Part shown: positions 18,189-27,879 of the stretch, in pieces
How positions within the stretch are numbered: position 1 is the first letter of the stretch
How the letters are laid out: each line of letters starts with the position of its first letter
Source: Ignicoccus islandicus DSM 13165
GTDB taxonomy: Archaea; Thermoproteota; Thermoprotei_A; Sulfolobales; Ignicoccaceae
Assembly (NCBI RefSeq): GCF_001481685.1
Contig: NZ_CP006867.1
Span: forward strand, 1,050,001 to 1,082,000
DNA: 32,000 bases
Reading direction: 5' to 3'
Notes under the pieces: generated by a model
Database searches by the model: none
What the model saw: only the letters and a program-made list of their open reading frames with translations
What the model was told of the DNA's origin: nothing
Made by a program: the position numbers and the translations under genes

Positions 18189-19496
18189 TTAGCGGGGACT
18201 TATTTTCTCGTATACTTTAATTCCAGTGTCGGGGTCCCAGAAGCCTATCTTCACGACGGTGGGCTTGTTGTTAATTACCTTTATAGTCCAGTAGTGATAG
18301 CTCGTCTTCATTGGTTCCTGCGTTAGTGGGTTGAACTTCTTCGGACCGGTGTAACCCTTGAAGTAGGCGCCAACGTCTAACAGAGCTTGCCTTATGGCAT
18401 CGGCATCGTACTTTCCGGCCTTTAGGACGCTTAAGGCAGATAACCATAGGGCGTCATAGATGTAGTCTGCGTAAAGCATTGGCGGGATGCCGAACCTGTT
18501 CTCGTATAGCTTCGCGAACTCCTCGCTTCCACCCGGACCGGTACCGACGCCTTGCTTGAGGGCCACTATCTTCGCTAGGTACGGATCGTTCAGTATTACT
18601 CCTCTACGAGTCTCGCTAAAGAGCCATGGGTACTTCTGTAAACCTAGAGTTACGGCTTGCCTTAGTATTACCTTTAGCTCGTCGAACGAGATGAATAGTA
18701 TTGCGTCGGGCTTGCTGCTAGCAGCCACTCTCAGTTCTGCATCGAACGTTCTTGCATTAGGATCGTAAGGAACTAGGACGACCGTTCCACCGTACTTGCT
18801 GAAGTAATACTTGAAGGCAGTCGCTAGACCTACGCCGTAGTCGTCTTGCCTGTACATGATGGTTACTTTCTTGTATCCTAACATGTGAGCTAGGTCTGCT
18901 AGCGCGTTTCCTTGCAGGAAGTCGTTAGTTATAGCCCAGAAGATGTACGACTTACCAGTCTTGGATATGTACCTCTTGTAGTTCTCTATTCTTAGGTTAG
19001 GTGCAGTGCTGGTTCCGGACATTACCACTACGTGAAGCTCCTCGTTAACTGGATACATTAGGGAGCCCATTGGTCTGCTAGTTATCCTACCGGCGATTAT
19101 CTTCACTCCTTGTAGCGCTAGCTTCCTGACCACTTCAACTGCAGTCTGAGGGTCGGTCTTAGTGTCCTCCGGGATGAACTTGAACCTCCAAGGTAGGCCT
19201 AGTTTCTCCATACATGCGTTTATTTGCTCCGACGCTAGCTTTATCGCGTTGTAGTTGGAAACGGCGAAGGAACCTAGCGCTCCGCTCAAGGGGGCGGGAG
19301 CGCCTATTGGGATCTCTTTCGGCAAGTCAATGCTGTTAACTCCTCCGGCCCACTCAATTACCTTCATAATGCTATCGCAGTTGGGGCCGAGTTGCACCGG
19401 TTGGGTCAATAGCTTTAGGTCCTCTTGGGACATTCCGGCCGCTAATAACAGGCTGGTTAGGAGTAGCGATACTAGTGCCACCTTTTCCCTCGACAT
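18189..19496 (-). CDS. Type-1 periplasmic-binding-fold substrate-binding protein (branched-chain amino acid/amide ABC type)
   Basis: Signal peptide MSREKVALVSLLLTSLLLAAGM, then IPIGAPAPLSGALGSFAVSNYNAIKLASEQINA...FKFIPEDTKTDPQTAVEVVRKLA. Internal start at 19496 preferred over the tracked 19580. Confidence 0.88.
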   Translation of the reverse strand: MSREKVALVSLLLTSLLLAAGMSQEDLKLLTQPVQLGPNCDSIMKVIEWAGGVNSIDLPKEIPIGAPAPLSGALGSFAVSNYNAIKLASEQINACMEKLGLPWRFKFIPEDTKTDPQTAVEVVRKLALQGVKIIAGRITSRPMGSLMYPVNEELHVVVMSGTSTAPNLRIENYKRYISKTGKSYIFWAITNDFLQGNALADLAHMLGYKKVTIMYRQDDYGVGLATAFKYYFSKYGGTVVLVPYDPNARTFDAELRVAASSKPDAILFISFDELKVILRQAVTLGLQKYPWLFSETRRGVILNDPYLAKIVALKQGVGTGPGGSEEFAKLYENRFGIPPMLYADYIYDALWLSALSVLKAGKYDADAIRQALLDVGAYFKGYTGPKKFNPLTQEPMKTSYHYWTIKVINNKPTVVKIGFWDPDTGIKVYEKISPR

Positions 19497-19659
19497 CGGA
19501 ACTCGCCTCGAAGGGGTATTTACCTTGAATGGATATATATACTTTTTCCGGTTCAATATTAATATGTTCGTATTGCACATATTCTTTATTAGTCGTATAC
19601 TATTTTAGAGACAATTTACGGTAAACTTTATAAACTCTAGATCAGACTCAACGATTGAG

Positions 19660-19731
19660 GCCGCCGTAGCTCAGCGGGAGAGCGCCCGGCTGAAGACCGG
19701 GTCGTCCGGGGTTCGAATCCCCGCGGCGGCA
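19660..19731 (+). tRNA. tRNA-Phe(GAA), no intron, CCA not encoded
   Basis: Cloverleaf: GCCGCCG/CGGCGGC acceptor, GCTC/GAGC D stem, CCCGG-CTGAAGA-CCGGG anticodon arm (GAA), CGGGG-TTCGAAT-CCCCG T arm. Confidence 0.97.
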
Positions 19732-19775
19732 CCTCTCCCGTTTCTGCTTGGTTCCTCGCCTTTCGGTGAAGGAAC

Positions 19776-20852
19776 TTGAAATTAGCAATCGTGGGCGCTG
19801 GATTCGCAGGCCTCTTAACAGCAAAGAGGCTATCGGAAAGGGGCTTCAAGGTAGATCTGTTCGAGGAGCACGATGAAGTAGGAGTTCCGGAACATTGCAC
19901 CGGCATAGTTTCGAGGAGGGCAGTAGAACTAATAGGAAGCGAAGCCAAGGAGAACGTCGAAGGGTATGTAAGCGAATATTTTCTTTCCAATTCCGATTTC
20001 CATGGCATTTGGCTCAAGGGACCGAAGGACTTCACTGTAAAGCTTAGGAGAAGGGACCTCGAGAGGGACTTGCTGGAAAGCTCGTTGGCAAACGGAGTTT
20101 CGTTTATAAAGAAGACGGTGTTTAGAGTCGATCCCAAAGGAAAGGTTGATGAAAGAGTTTACGAGAGGGTCTTCGTTGCGGAAGGTTGGAGAGCGGAGCT
20201 CTCTAAGGGGCTCGGAATAGCCCATAGGTCGAGAACTGTTTACGGACTGAACTTGGAAGTAAAGGGGAGAACGGCGTATCCAGGGACTTCATTCATAATT
20301 TTCGATAGGACTCTCGCTCCAGGTTTCTTCGCGTGGATCGTTATGCTAGAAGGGAAAGCGGTGGTTGGAACGGCTTCAGAACCCAAGAAGGCCAATGTAA
20401 TGGAGTTAGCTAGAAAGGTACTGGAAATAGCGCGCGAAAGGGGGCTGGTTGAAGGCGAGGTCGTTAAGACGTACGGTGGAGTGATACTAACTGGTCCGCC
20501 ATCGCTCGCCCCTTGCAACTCCAAGGTATGCGCCATAGGGGACGCCGCTGGTTTGAACAAACCCTTAACGGGCGGAGGCTTGTATCCAACGTCAGTCGTA
20601 GCTAGAGAGCTGCCCCTTAGAATAGAGAACCCGATAAGAGCTTACTTCCCGTTAGTACCTAGGCTTTACGCTGAAACCCCTATTGCTAGGTTCCTCCATA
20701 AGGCTCCCCAAAGGTTCTACGCGAATTTCTTTTCGAAAGTTGATGGCGAGGAAGTGAGCGTATCTGAATACGACAATCACCTAAAGACGTTATTAGAAAT
20801 GAAGTCCAAATCTTTAGTTTTCCTCCTCAAGGCCGTCTCAGCGTTAATTTAG
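19776..20852 (+). CDS. Geranylgeranyl reductase-family FAD-dependent oxidoreductase
   Basis: KLAIVGAGFAGLLTAKRLSERGFKVDLFEEHDEVGVPEHCTGIVS...CAIGDAAGLNKPLTGGGLY. TTG start. Confidence 0.88.
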   Translation: MKLAIVGAGFAGLLTAKRLSERGFKVDLFEEHDEVGVPEHCTGIVSRRAVELIGSEAKENVEGYVSEYFLSNSDFHGIWLKGPKDFTVKLRRRDLERDLLESSLANGVSFIKKTVFRVDPKGKVDERVYERVFVAEGWRAELSKGLGIAHRSRTVYGLNLEVKGRTAYPGTSFIIFDRTLAPGFFAWIVMLEGKAVVGTASEPKKANVMELARKVLEIARERGLVEGEVVKTYGGVILTGPPSLAPCNSKVCAIGDAAGLNKPLTGGGLYPTSVVARELPLRIENPIRAYFPLVPRLYAETPIARFLHKAPQRFYANFFSKVDGEEVSVSEYDNHLKTLLEMKSKSLVFLLKAVSALI

Positions 20853-21601
20853 AACGCTCTGCCCATTATTATGCTATACCTAGCTAACCTCCTATGTATC
20901 TCCACTTCCTTCGGGTCAACTAGGAAGTAGGCCAAGCTAATTCCAGCCACGAATCCACCTACGTGCGCCCACCACGCTACTCCGCTAGGGACACCGAAGA
21001 GACTCCACGTTCCTTCTATTAATTGATATAGGAACCAGAACCCTAAGAAGTACTCCGCTGGCACTAGGAAGAGGAACGGAAACGGGACGAATGCTATTAC
21101 CTTCACCAATGCCCTTGGATAAAATAGGAAGTACGCTGCTAGAACGCCGCTTATCGCTCCAGAGGCGCCTACGGCCGGGGTTAGCCATGGGTTCTGGCTC
21201 AAGTATGGATTAAGCGTACTATTAGGAAACAGCGCTATTGAGGCCAAGTGGAAGGCTACCGCCACGAGGCCGGAAACTATGTACAGTAGGAAGTACTTCC
21301 ACCTTCCTAGTATCGATTCGACGTTATCTCCGAAGATCGCTAAGAACAGCATGTTTCCGACGATGTGATCTATGCTAGCGTGGAGCCACATATGAGTAAA
21401 CAATGTATATAAATGACTTCCCTTAACTACGAAGTAAGGTACCATACCGTAACTCTTAATGAGCCTGTTCAACCCTAGCGCGTCGTTCGCCAATATCAAA
21501 GGCAGTTCTAATACAGCGAAAACCAGTACGTTTAGCGCTATTATAATGGTGTTTACCAACGGCTTCTTTCTTATTGGATTGATATCGCCAACTGGAATCA
21601 A
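20849..21601 (-). CDS. Rhomboid-family intramembrane serine protease
   Basis: FTHMWLHASIDHIVGNMLFL, VGASGAISGVLAAY (GxSG) and WWAHVGGFVAG motifs. Confidence 0.93.
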   Translation of the reverse strand: MIPVGDINPIRKKPLVNTIIIALNVLVFAVLELPLILANDALGLNRLIKSYGMVPYFVVKGSHLYTLFTHMWLHASIDHIVGNMLFLAIFGDNVESILGRWKYFLLYIVSGLVAVAFHLASIALFPNSTLNPYLSQNPWLTPAVGASGAISGVLAAYFLFYPRALVKVIAFVPFPFLFLVPAEYFLGFWFLYQLIEGTWSLFGVPSGVAWWAHVGGFVAGISLAYFLVDPKEVEIHRRLARYSIIMGRAF

Positions 21602-21673
21602 TACTTAGCGCCCGTCCACCTTACGCTACTCTAATAATTACCTTTAATCCCACTTCCCATGGAGTGATTTCGC

Positions 21674-23041
21674 TTGAAGACCAAATATAGGGAATTTAAA
21701 ATATCAGAAATAACCCCCGAGATGGAAGGGAAGGAAGTAAAGATAGCTGGATGGGTACACTCCGTTAGGAGAGTAGGGAAGATCGCCTTCTTAGTCTTGA
21801 GGGACTACACTGGCTTAATTCAAGTGACTTTCCGAGTTCCGAAGGACGCAAGCGACGAAGAGAAGGAGAGGATGAAGGAACTAGTGAAGAAGGTAACTCA
21901 GATCCCGCTAGAAAGCGTCGTTGCAGTCAAGGGCGTTGTTAGGAGGGATCCAAGGGCGCCTAGAGGAGTTGAGATAGCCGGTAAGGAAATAGAGATATTG
22001 AACGAAGCTAAGAGCCCCTTGCCGCTCGATGTCAGCGGTAAAGTAGATGCCCACATAGATACGAGGCTCTCCAATAGACCCATAGACCTAAGGAGACCGG
22101 AGAGTCAAGCAGTATTAAGATTGGTGTCCATTGCAACGAAAGCTATAAGGAGCTACCTCTATACCTTAGACTTCACCGAAGTATTCACGCCGAAGATAAT
22201 TGCCTCAGGCACTGAAGGAGGAGCTCAAATGGTTCCCGTCTTCTATTTCGGAAAGAACGCCTTCTTGGCTCAAAGTCCCCAGTTGTACAAGGAGCTTCTC
22301 ACTTCGAGCTTAGAGTACGTCTTCGAAATTGCTCCGGCTTGGAGGCACGAGGAAAGCGATACTCCTTACCACTTAGCGGAGTTCATTTCAGTTGACATTG
22401 AAATGGCCTTCGCCGATTACGAAGACGTAATGAAGGTTCTTGAGAACGTAGTGAAAAACGTTAGAGATGCGTTCGTGCGCGAGGGTTCGAAGTGGTTGGA
22501 GGTATTGAACTACCAACCCCCTGAGGTAAACTTGCCTATACCTAGAATTTCCTATAAGGAAGCATGGGAAATATTGAAGGCAGAGGGAATTGAGATTGAA
22601 CCGGGAGAGGACTTCGGTACGCCCGAACTAAGGAAGCTAAGCGAGGTCTTGGAAAAGGAAGGTAAGACTTCCGGTGGATTCTACTTTATAGTAGAGTGGC
22701 CTGCGGACGCGAGACCATTCTATACAAAGAGGGGACGCAAGGAAGAGATAGGAGGAAAGGAGATCTACTTGAGCGAGAGCTTCGACTTGAACTGGAAGCA
22801 CTTGGAAATCTCCAGTGGGAGCACGAGAATTCACAAGAGGGCTGAACTAGAAGAAGAGATGAAAGCTAGGGGACTCAATCCTCAGAGCTTCGAGTGGTAT
22901 CTCAAGTGGTTCGATTACGGCATGCCTCCTCACGCCGGCTGGGGCATGGGGCTTCAGAGGCTAATGGTGCCGTTAACTGGAATACCTAACGTGAGACTGG
23001 CAGCGAGCTTCCCAAGGGACATGAAGCGGTTGGTACCCTAA
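21674..23041 (+). CDS. aspS: Aspartyl-tRNA synthetase (Asp/Asx)
   Basis: OB-fold VKIAGWVHSVRRVGKIAFLVLRD, class II motifs FTEVFTPKIIASGTEGGA, AQSPQLYKE and GWGMGLQRLMVPLTGIPNVR. TTG start. Confidence 0.96.
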   Translation: MKTKYREFKISEITPEMEGKEVKIAGWVHSVRRVGKIAFLVLRDYTGLIQVTFRVPKDASDEEKERMKELVKKVTQIPLESVVAVKGVVRRDPRAPRGVEIAGKEIEILNEAKSPLPLDVSGKVDAHIDTRLSNRPIDLRRPESQAVLRLVSIATKAIRSYLYTLDFTEVFTPKIIASGTEGGAQMVPVFYFGKNAFLAQSPQLYKELLTSSLEYVFEIAPAWRHEESDTPYHLAEFISVDIEMAFADYEDVMKVLENVVKNVRDAFVREGSKWLEVLNYQPPEVNLPIPRISYKEAWEILKAEGIEIEPGEDFGTPELRKLSEVLEKEGKTSGGFYFIVEWPADARPFYTKRGRKEEIGGKEIYLSESFDLNWKHLEISSGSTRIHKRAELEEEMKARGLNPQSFEWYLKWFDYGMPPHAGWGMGLQRLMVPLTGIPNVRLAASFPRDMKRLVP

Positions 23042-23113
23042 TGCGTTCAGTATTCGCTCCCCGGTTCCTAAAAAACTCCAAACATTGTCTTATTTTTACG
23101 CGAAAAATTGAAC

Positions 23114-23127
23114 ATTTGTAAACAAAT
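23114..23127. promoter_or_regulatory. Perfect 14-bp dyad ATTTGTAAACAAAT upstream of amt
   Basis: ATTTGT-AA-ACAAAT read directly, 57 bp before the amt TTG start. Confidence 0.4.
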
Positions 23128-23183
23128 TTCGAGATACTTTTATCATATTGTTCGAATTTTACAGTAGAAATTGGTGAAAATGT

Positions 23184-24407
23184 TTGGATGGTATAAATGC
23201 CGGAAATACCGCTTGGTTACTGAGCGCGTCTTCCATGGTACTCTTCATGAGCGTACCCGGCTTAGCGTTGTTCTATGGAGGTCTAGTAAGAAGTAGGAAC
23301 GTCCTATCTACCATGCTTCACGTGTTCTCGGCGTTCTCTATAGGCTTAATTACATGGATCTTGTTCGGTTTCAGTATTGCATTTGGGAGCGATTTAGCTG
23401 GATTTATAGGCAATCCTGTGCAGTACTTCGCGCTCTTACCGCAACTTATCCAAAAAACGTGGCCCGGAACGGACGTCCCGTTCCTACTATTCGCAGGATT
23501 TCAAGGAATGTTCGCGGCTATAGCAATAGCGATCATCGCTTCAGCCATTGCTGAGAGAGGTAAACTGGAGGCGTGGCTCGCCTTCAGTTTCCTTTGGGTC
23601 TTACTAGTTTACAGCGTAATAGCCCACTGGGTATGGGGAGGCGGCTGGCTCTCATCAATGGACTCCTTGGACTTCGCGGGAGGACTAGTAGTTCACATAA
23701 GCTCCGGATTCTCTGCTCTCGTGTTGAGCTTCGTAATTGGTAAAAGGAAATTCGTTAAGAAGGTCGAGTTAATACCTCACAACATCCCTCTGGTACTAAT
23801 AGGTACGGGAATACTGTGGTTCGGATGGCTAGGCTTCAACGCCGGTAGCGCCTTAGCTGCCAACTTAGACGCCGCTAACGCGTGGCTGGTTACTGCAGTC
23901 GCTGCAGCTGCTGGAGGATTAGCTTGGACATACCTAGATAGGATGGAGAACGGTATAGTGAGCACCGTGGGCTTCGCTTCCGGAGTAGTGGCCGGATTGG
24001 TCGCCATAACGCCAGCAGCCGGTTACGTGGACGTATTGGGAGCTATTGCAATTGGCGCTTTAGCTTCAGTAGTTAGTTACAACATGGTTAAGTTCAGAAT
24101 AGCTAAAGGATGGGACGAAACGTTAGACGCGTGGGCAGTTCACGGCATGAGCGGTGTGTGGGGAGCTGTAGCTACTGGTCTCTTCGCCAATCCATTAGTA
24201 GCTGGGAAATCAGGGCTCTTCTTCGGAAACCCGTTTCAATTGGTTATACAAGTAATAGGTGTAATTGCGAGCGTAGTTTACTCGATAGCAGTGACTTACG
24301 TCATTGCAATCTTAATAGAGAAGACTATAGGCTGGAGGGTTCCGGAGGAGGCAGAGAAGCTAGGTTTGGATCTAACCGAATTGAATGAAGAGGCATATAA
24401 TATATAA
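23184..24407 (+). CDS. amt: Ammonium transporter (Amt family)
   Basis: NTAWLLSASSMVLFMSVPGLALFYGGLVRSRNVLSTMLHVF, HWVWGGGWL, FNAGSALAANLDAANAWLVT and DAWAVHGMSG motifs. Confidence 0.97.
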   Translation: MDGINAGNTAWLLSASSMVLFMSVPGLALFYGGLVRSRNVLSTMLHVFSAFSIGLITWILFGFSIAFGSDLAGFIGNPVQYFALLPQLIQKTWPGTDVPFLLFAGFQGMFAAIAIAIIASAIAERGKLEAWLAFSFLWVLLVYSVIAHWVWGGGWLSSMDSLDFAGGLVVHISSGFSALVLSFVIGKRKFVKKVELIPHNIPLVLIGTGILWFGWLGFNAGSALAANLDAANAWLVTAVAAAAGGLAWTYLDRMENGIVSTVGFASGVVAGLVAITPAAGYVDVLGAIAIGALASVVSYNMVKFRIAKGWDETLDAWAVHGMSGVWGAVATGLFANPLVAGKSGLFFGNPFQLVIQVIGVIASVVYSIAVTYVIAILIEKTIGWRVPEEAEKLGLDLTELNEEAYNI

Positions 24408-24422
24408 GGAGGTGATGGGGAG

Positions 24423-24761
24423 ATGACTAAGTTAGTTATAGCCTTCATAAGACCCGAAAAGCTCGATGACGTAAAGGAGGAATTAGAGAAGGTCGGGATA
24501 TACCCAATGACTATCATTGAAGTAAAGGGTAGAGGTAGTCAAAAGGGAGTTACGCTAAGCTACAGGGGCGTACCGGTAACAATAGAATTCATTCCGAAGC
24601 TGCAATTAGAGCTCATATTGGAGGACGATGAAGTTGAGAAGGCGATAAAGGCCATTACTAAAGGGGCTTACACCGGGAGCCCCGGCGATGGGAGGATAGT
24701 TGTGTTGCCCGTGGAAGCGAACGTGAGAATAAGGGAGTACTACGAAAAGATTAAGGACTAA
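24423..24761 (+). CDS. glnK: PII nitrogen regulatory protein (GlnK/GlnB family)
   Basis: KLVIAFIRPEKLDDVKEEL...MTIIEVKGRGSQKG...TGSPGDGRIVVLPVE. Directly follows amt. Confidence 0.94.
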   Translation: MTKLVIAFIRPEKLDDVKEELEKVGIYPMTIIEVKGRGSQKGVTLSYRGVPVTIEFIPKLQLELILEDDEVEKAIKAITKGAYTGSPGDGRIVVLPVEANVRIREYYEKIKD

Positions 24762-25315
24762 ATCCATACCTTAACGTCAACGGCCCAGCAATTTTCCTCA
24801 GATACAATAAGAGGGTTTACCTCGAAAGTTTTCGCGTCAGTTAAGCATAACTTCTTAATAACGTCGACTACGCATTCCTCGTTTAACTTCTTCCTGTACC
24901 TCATTACTTGCCCTATCTTAGAGTTTGCAAGCTTCAACCGGACCAGTTCCTCGCATACAGGGCACTTAGTTACTATTGCCTCTCTGATAAGGCTAGCGTA
25001 TATCCCACCCATTGCAATTACTGCGACCCTTCCGAACACCTCGTCTAGTTTGCTTGAGACCAACAGCTCCAAGTCGCCTTTAACGGCTCTTTGAACTATA
25101 ACCTCGCCGTACCTTTCCTTCAGGAGGTCGAAGGCCCTCTTGAGCTCTTCCTCGCTTTCCGCGAACGTAACCGCCTTCGCCTCCGTCTTGTGAGGTAGAG
25201 GTACGTCGGCCTTGACGTAAGCTGGAGCCCCAATGGAGGGGTCTTTGCTCCATTCGGGGACCGGTATACCTAGCTCTTCCGCGATCTTCAATGATTCCGA
25301 GGGTCTCAATAGCAC
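24758..25315 (-). CDS. ADP-forming acyl/acetyl-CoA synthetase beta subunit (ATP-grasp), short form
   Basis: YVKADVPLPHKTEAKAV...VIVQRAVKGDLELLVSSKLDEVFGRVAVIAMGGIYASLIREA...EVNPLIV. Confidence 0.86.
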   Translation of the reverse strand: MLLRPSESLKIAEELGIPVPEWSKDPSIGAPAYVKADVPLPHKTEAKAVTFAESEEELKRAFDLLKERYGEVIVQRAVKGDLELLVSSKLDEVFGRVAVIAMGGIYASLIREAIVTKCPVCEELVRLKLANSKIGQVMRYRKKLNEECVVDVIKKLCLTDAKTFEVNPLIVSEENCWAVDVKVWI

Positions 25316-26670
25316 TTAGTCCTCACCTCCAATAGTTTCCTCGAGGTCATTTCCTTTAGTAGTAACCTAGAGAAAGCTACGGCTTCGTCGACGCTCTTAG
25401 AGAAGGGTATCCCTAATTCCCTGGCCCTCTTTTCCAAGGCATTACTCATTACACCACCGAACGAAAGCAGCAAGTGAGGTTTGCCAGTAGCTTCCATGCT
25501 CTCTTTAACTATATCGGCTAAATAGAGAGTAGTTGCTGGCGATTCCATTAGCGCTACCACTATTACTAAGTCGTACTTAGGTGCCAAGTACTCCAGTACC
25601 AACCTATACCTCTCGTCATCGGCGTCTCCCCCAACGTCCATAGGGTTGTTCAGCTTAACGTAATCCGGAAGTTTGCTTTCTAGTTCCACGCTAACGGGCC
25701 TCGGGAGATCCAAAGGAAGCGCGTCGGCTAACATAACCCCTACGCCGCCGGCATCGGTGACCACCAATGCTCTCGTTCCTCTAAGCGGGGGCGAGTATTG
25801 GAACGCGGAGAGGAACGAAACTACCTCAGTGAAGTCCTCTAAAGCTATTGCGCCGTACTCCGAAACTAGGTCTCTGTACACTTTGTAATCGCCCGCAACG
25901 GAAGCAGTGTGGGAGGAGACCGCCCTCTCAGAGGCCTTCGTTCTACCGCCCTTGTAAATCCCTATCCTCTTCCCAATGGAGCTAAGCTCAGCCAAGGTCG
26001 CTAGGAACTCCTCTCCTTCGCCAGCTCTTAGACCTTCGACATAGAGTAAGAACTTATTGAATTCCTTAGAGGCCAAATATTCCATTACCTCAACCTCGTT
26101 AACGTCGGCCTTATTGCCTAAGCTAACCGCCGCACCGATTCCTATGCCCTCTACCGATGCCCAATCCAGTATGGAAGCTGCCAGAGCCCCGCTCTGGCTT
26201 ATTATCGCTGTATCGGAGAGCGGAGGCCTTGGAGTGCCGGGTTCCCTAAAGAAGAACGTATCTACGCCGGTCCTTCCGTAGTACACCCCTAAGCAGTTGG
26301 GGCCAATTACCCTTATTCCGTTAGCCCTGAGTTTAGAGGTTACTCTTTTCTCGAGCTCTTTGTTACCTACCTCAGAGAACCCTGCGGTGATAATAATTAC
26401 TGCCTTTACGCCTTTGGCTATTGCGTCATCAACTACTTTCTCAACTGCGTGGGTTGGAACGACGACTACAGCTAAGTCCACGTTGTCCGGTATTTCTCTA
26501 AGAGATTTATAGCAAGGCACTCCCAGTACTTTCTCATATTTAGGGTTTACTGCGTAGAGCCTTCCCTTGAATGAACGCTTTAAGTTGGTAAGTATGACGT
26601 ATCCAGGTTTCGGGACTTTAGGTGTAGCGCCCACCACGGCAATTGAGGAGGGTTCGAAGAACTCCTTCAA
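25306..26670 (-). CDS. ADP-forming acyl/acetyl-CoA synthetase alpha subunit (CoA-binding plus ligase domains)
   Basis: SIAVVGATPKVPKPGYVILTNLKRSFKGRLYAVNPKYEKVLG...IRVIGPNCLGV...SQSGALAASILDWAS...SHTASVAGDYKVY...LNNPMDVGGDAD. Confidence 0.92.
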   Translation of the reverse strand: MKEFFEPSSIAVVGATPKVPKPGYVILTNLKRSFKGRLYAVNPKYEKVLGVPCYKSLREIPDNVDLAVVVVPTHAVEKVVDDAIAKGVKAVIIITAGFSEVGNKELEKRVTSKLRANGIRVIGPNCLGVYYGRTGVDTFFFREPGTPRPPLSDTAIISQSGALAASILDWASVEGIGIGAAVSLGNKADVNEVEVMEYLASKEFNKFLLYVEGLRAGEGEEFLATLAELSSIGKRIGIYKGGRTKASERAVSSHTASVAGDYKVYRDLVSEYGAIALEDFTEVVSFLSAFQYSPPLRGTRALVVTDAGGVGVMLADALPLDLPRPVSVELESKLPDYVKLNNPMDVGGDADDERYRLVLEYLAPKYDLVIVVALMESPATTLYLADIVKESMEATGKPHLLLSFGGVMSNALEKRARELGIPFSKSVDEAVAFSRLLLKEMTSRKLLEVRTKCY

Positions 26671-26722
26671 TTTCGATCCAAGTAACTCTAACCTCCTTTA
26701 AGTAAAATTCTTCCTTGGAAAC

Positions 26723-26983
26723 TCACGTATTGGTTCGCTTTAGGTACTTCTTTCGAAACGCCTCACATAAGTCTATCCCTAAGACGTTGGCGATCGATAG
26801 CAACCAGGCCAATACGTCTGCCATTTCCTCCTCTATTTTCTCCCTCTTCTTCTTCAAGATGGCCTCACTGAGCTCACCTATCTCTTCGATAAACCACAAG
26901 AAGGTCCAACTAACGCCTCTATTCCAATCTTGTTCGAAATACCTCTCCTCAATTACCCTCTCCAGCTCCCTTAAGTCGCACAA
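26723..26983 (-). CDS. MazG-like nucleotide pyrophosphohydrolase
   Basis: FLWFIEEIGELSEAI...KIEEEMADVLAWLLSIANVLGIDL (ExxE...ExxD). Confidence 0.87.
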   Translation of the reverse strand: MCDLRELERVIEERYFEQDWNRGVSWTFLWFIEEIGELSEAILKKKREKIEEEMADVLAWLLSIANVLGIDLCEAFRKKYLKRTNT

Positions 26984-27083
26984 CGCCTATCTCCAGCGCT
27001 TTCAGCGAAGAAAAATATTAAACTGAAGCGAACCGTTACTGAATTAGTCTCTGCTCGGGTTCTCGGGACGGTGCTTAGGGAAA

Positions 27084-27827
27084 TTGAGGTTCGCTTTGGT
27101 AGGCGCTGGACTGACTTGCAAGCAATTGACGCCCGAAGCGTTAGAGGTTATACGAACGTACGAGGAAGTTTACGCCGATTTGTATACTAGCATCTACGAA
27201 GGGGGTCTCTTGGAATGCTTGAGAAGGCATCGAACCGACGTCAAACCAGCTTACAGGAGCGACTTGGAAAGCGATTTCTTAAGCGACAAACGCGACGTCG
27301 CCTTGGTCGTGGCTGGAGATCCACTCGCTGCTACCACCCACTCGAGCTTACTGCTAGACGCATTGGAAAGGGGCTACGAAGCGAAGGTAGTGCCCGGTAT
27401 TTCCGCGCTCCAAGTTGCCAGAACCAAGAGCGGGCTTTCCCAATATAGGTTCGGTAGAGTTGTTACAATGATGTACCCTAGAGAGGGAATAAATTTCAGC
27501 GAGTCGGTTTACTTAGCAATTAAGGACAACGACGAACTCAACTTGCATACTATAGTACTTCTAGAGACTGGTTACGATAGGTCCATGAAAGTATCTGAGG
27601 CAGCGAGGCTCCTCTTAGAAGAGTCAGAGAGGAAGGGCGATTCTACAATGAAAGATAGGATGGTAATAGCTATGGCTAGACTCTGTTGGGAGAGCGAAGA
27701 GATAAGGTTAGTTACCTTGGAGGAGGCCGCGAAGTTGGACTTAGGCGAACCACCTCATCTAATGGTGTTCCCCTCACCTAAGTTACATCCAATAGAAGAA
27801 GAGCTAATTAGAAAATGGTTTAGGTAA
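27084..27827 (+). CDS. dphB: Diphthine synthase (tetrapyrrole-methylase fold)
   Basis: MRFALVGAGLTCKQLTPEALEVIRTYEEVYADLYTS...VALVVAGDPLAATTHSSL...VVPGISALQVA. TTG start. Confidence 0.9.
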   Translation: MRFALVGAGLTCKQLTPEALEVIRTYEEVYADLYTSIYEGGLLECLRRHRTDVKPAYRSDLESDFLSDKRDVALVVAGDPLAATTHSSLLLDALERGYEAKVVPGISALQVARTKSGLSQYRFGRVVTMMYPREGINFSESVYLAIKDNDELNLHTIVLLETGYDRSMKVSEAARLLLEESERKGDSTMKDRMVIAMARLCWESEEIRLVTLEEAAKLDLGEPPHLMVFPSPKLHPIEEELIRKWFR

Positions 27828-27879
27828 TTGAATACTTGCTTAACCCCTTTAAAAGTTTTATCATACCTAGGTAATAGCG

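Noticed and set aside
19660-19733. tRNA-bounded integration site or element at tRNA-Phe
   Set aside because: No duplicated tRNA 3' fragment or integrase gene was noticed in the window; flanking genes look like core genes.
23354-24388. ORFs 23354-23554, 23777-24007 and 24110-24388 overlapping amt
   Set aside because: All amt signature motifs are in the 23184-24407 frame; these are frame shadows.
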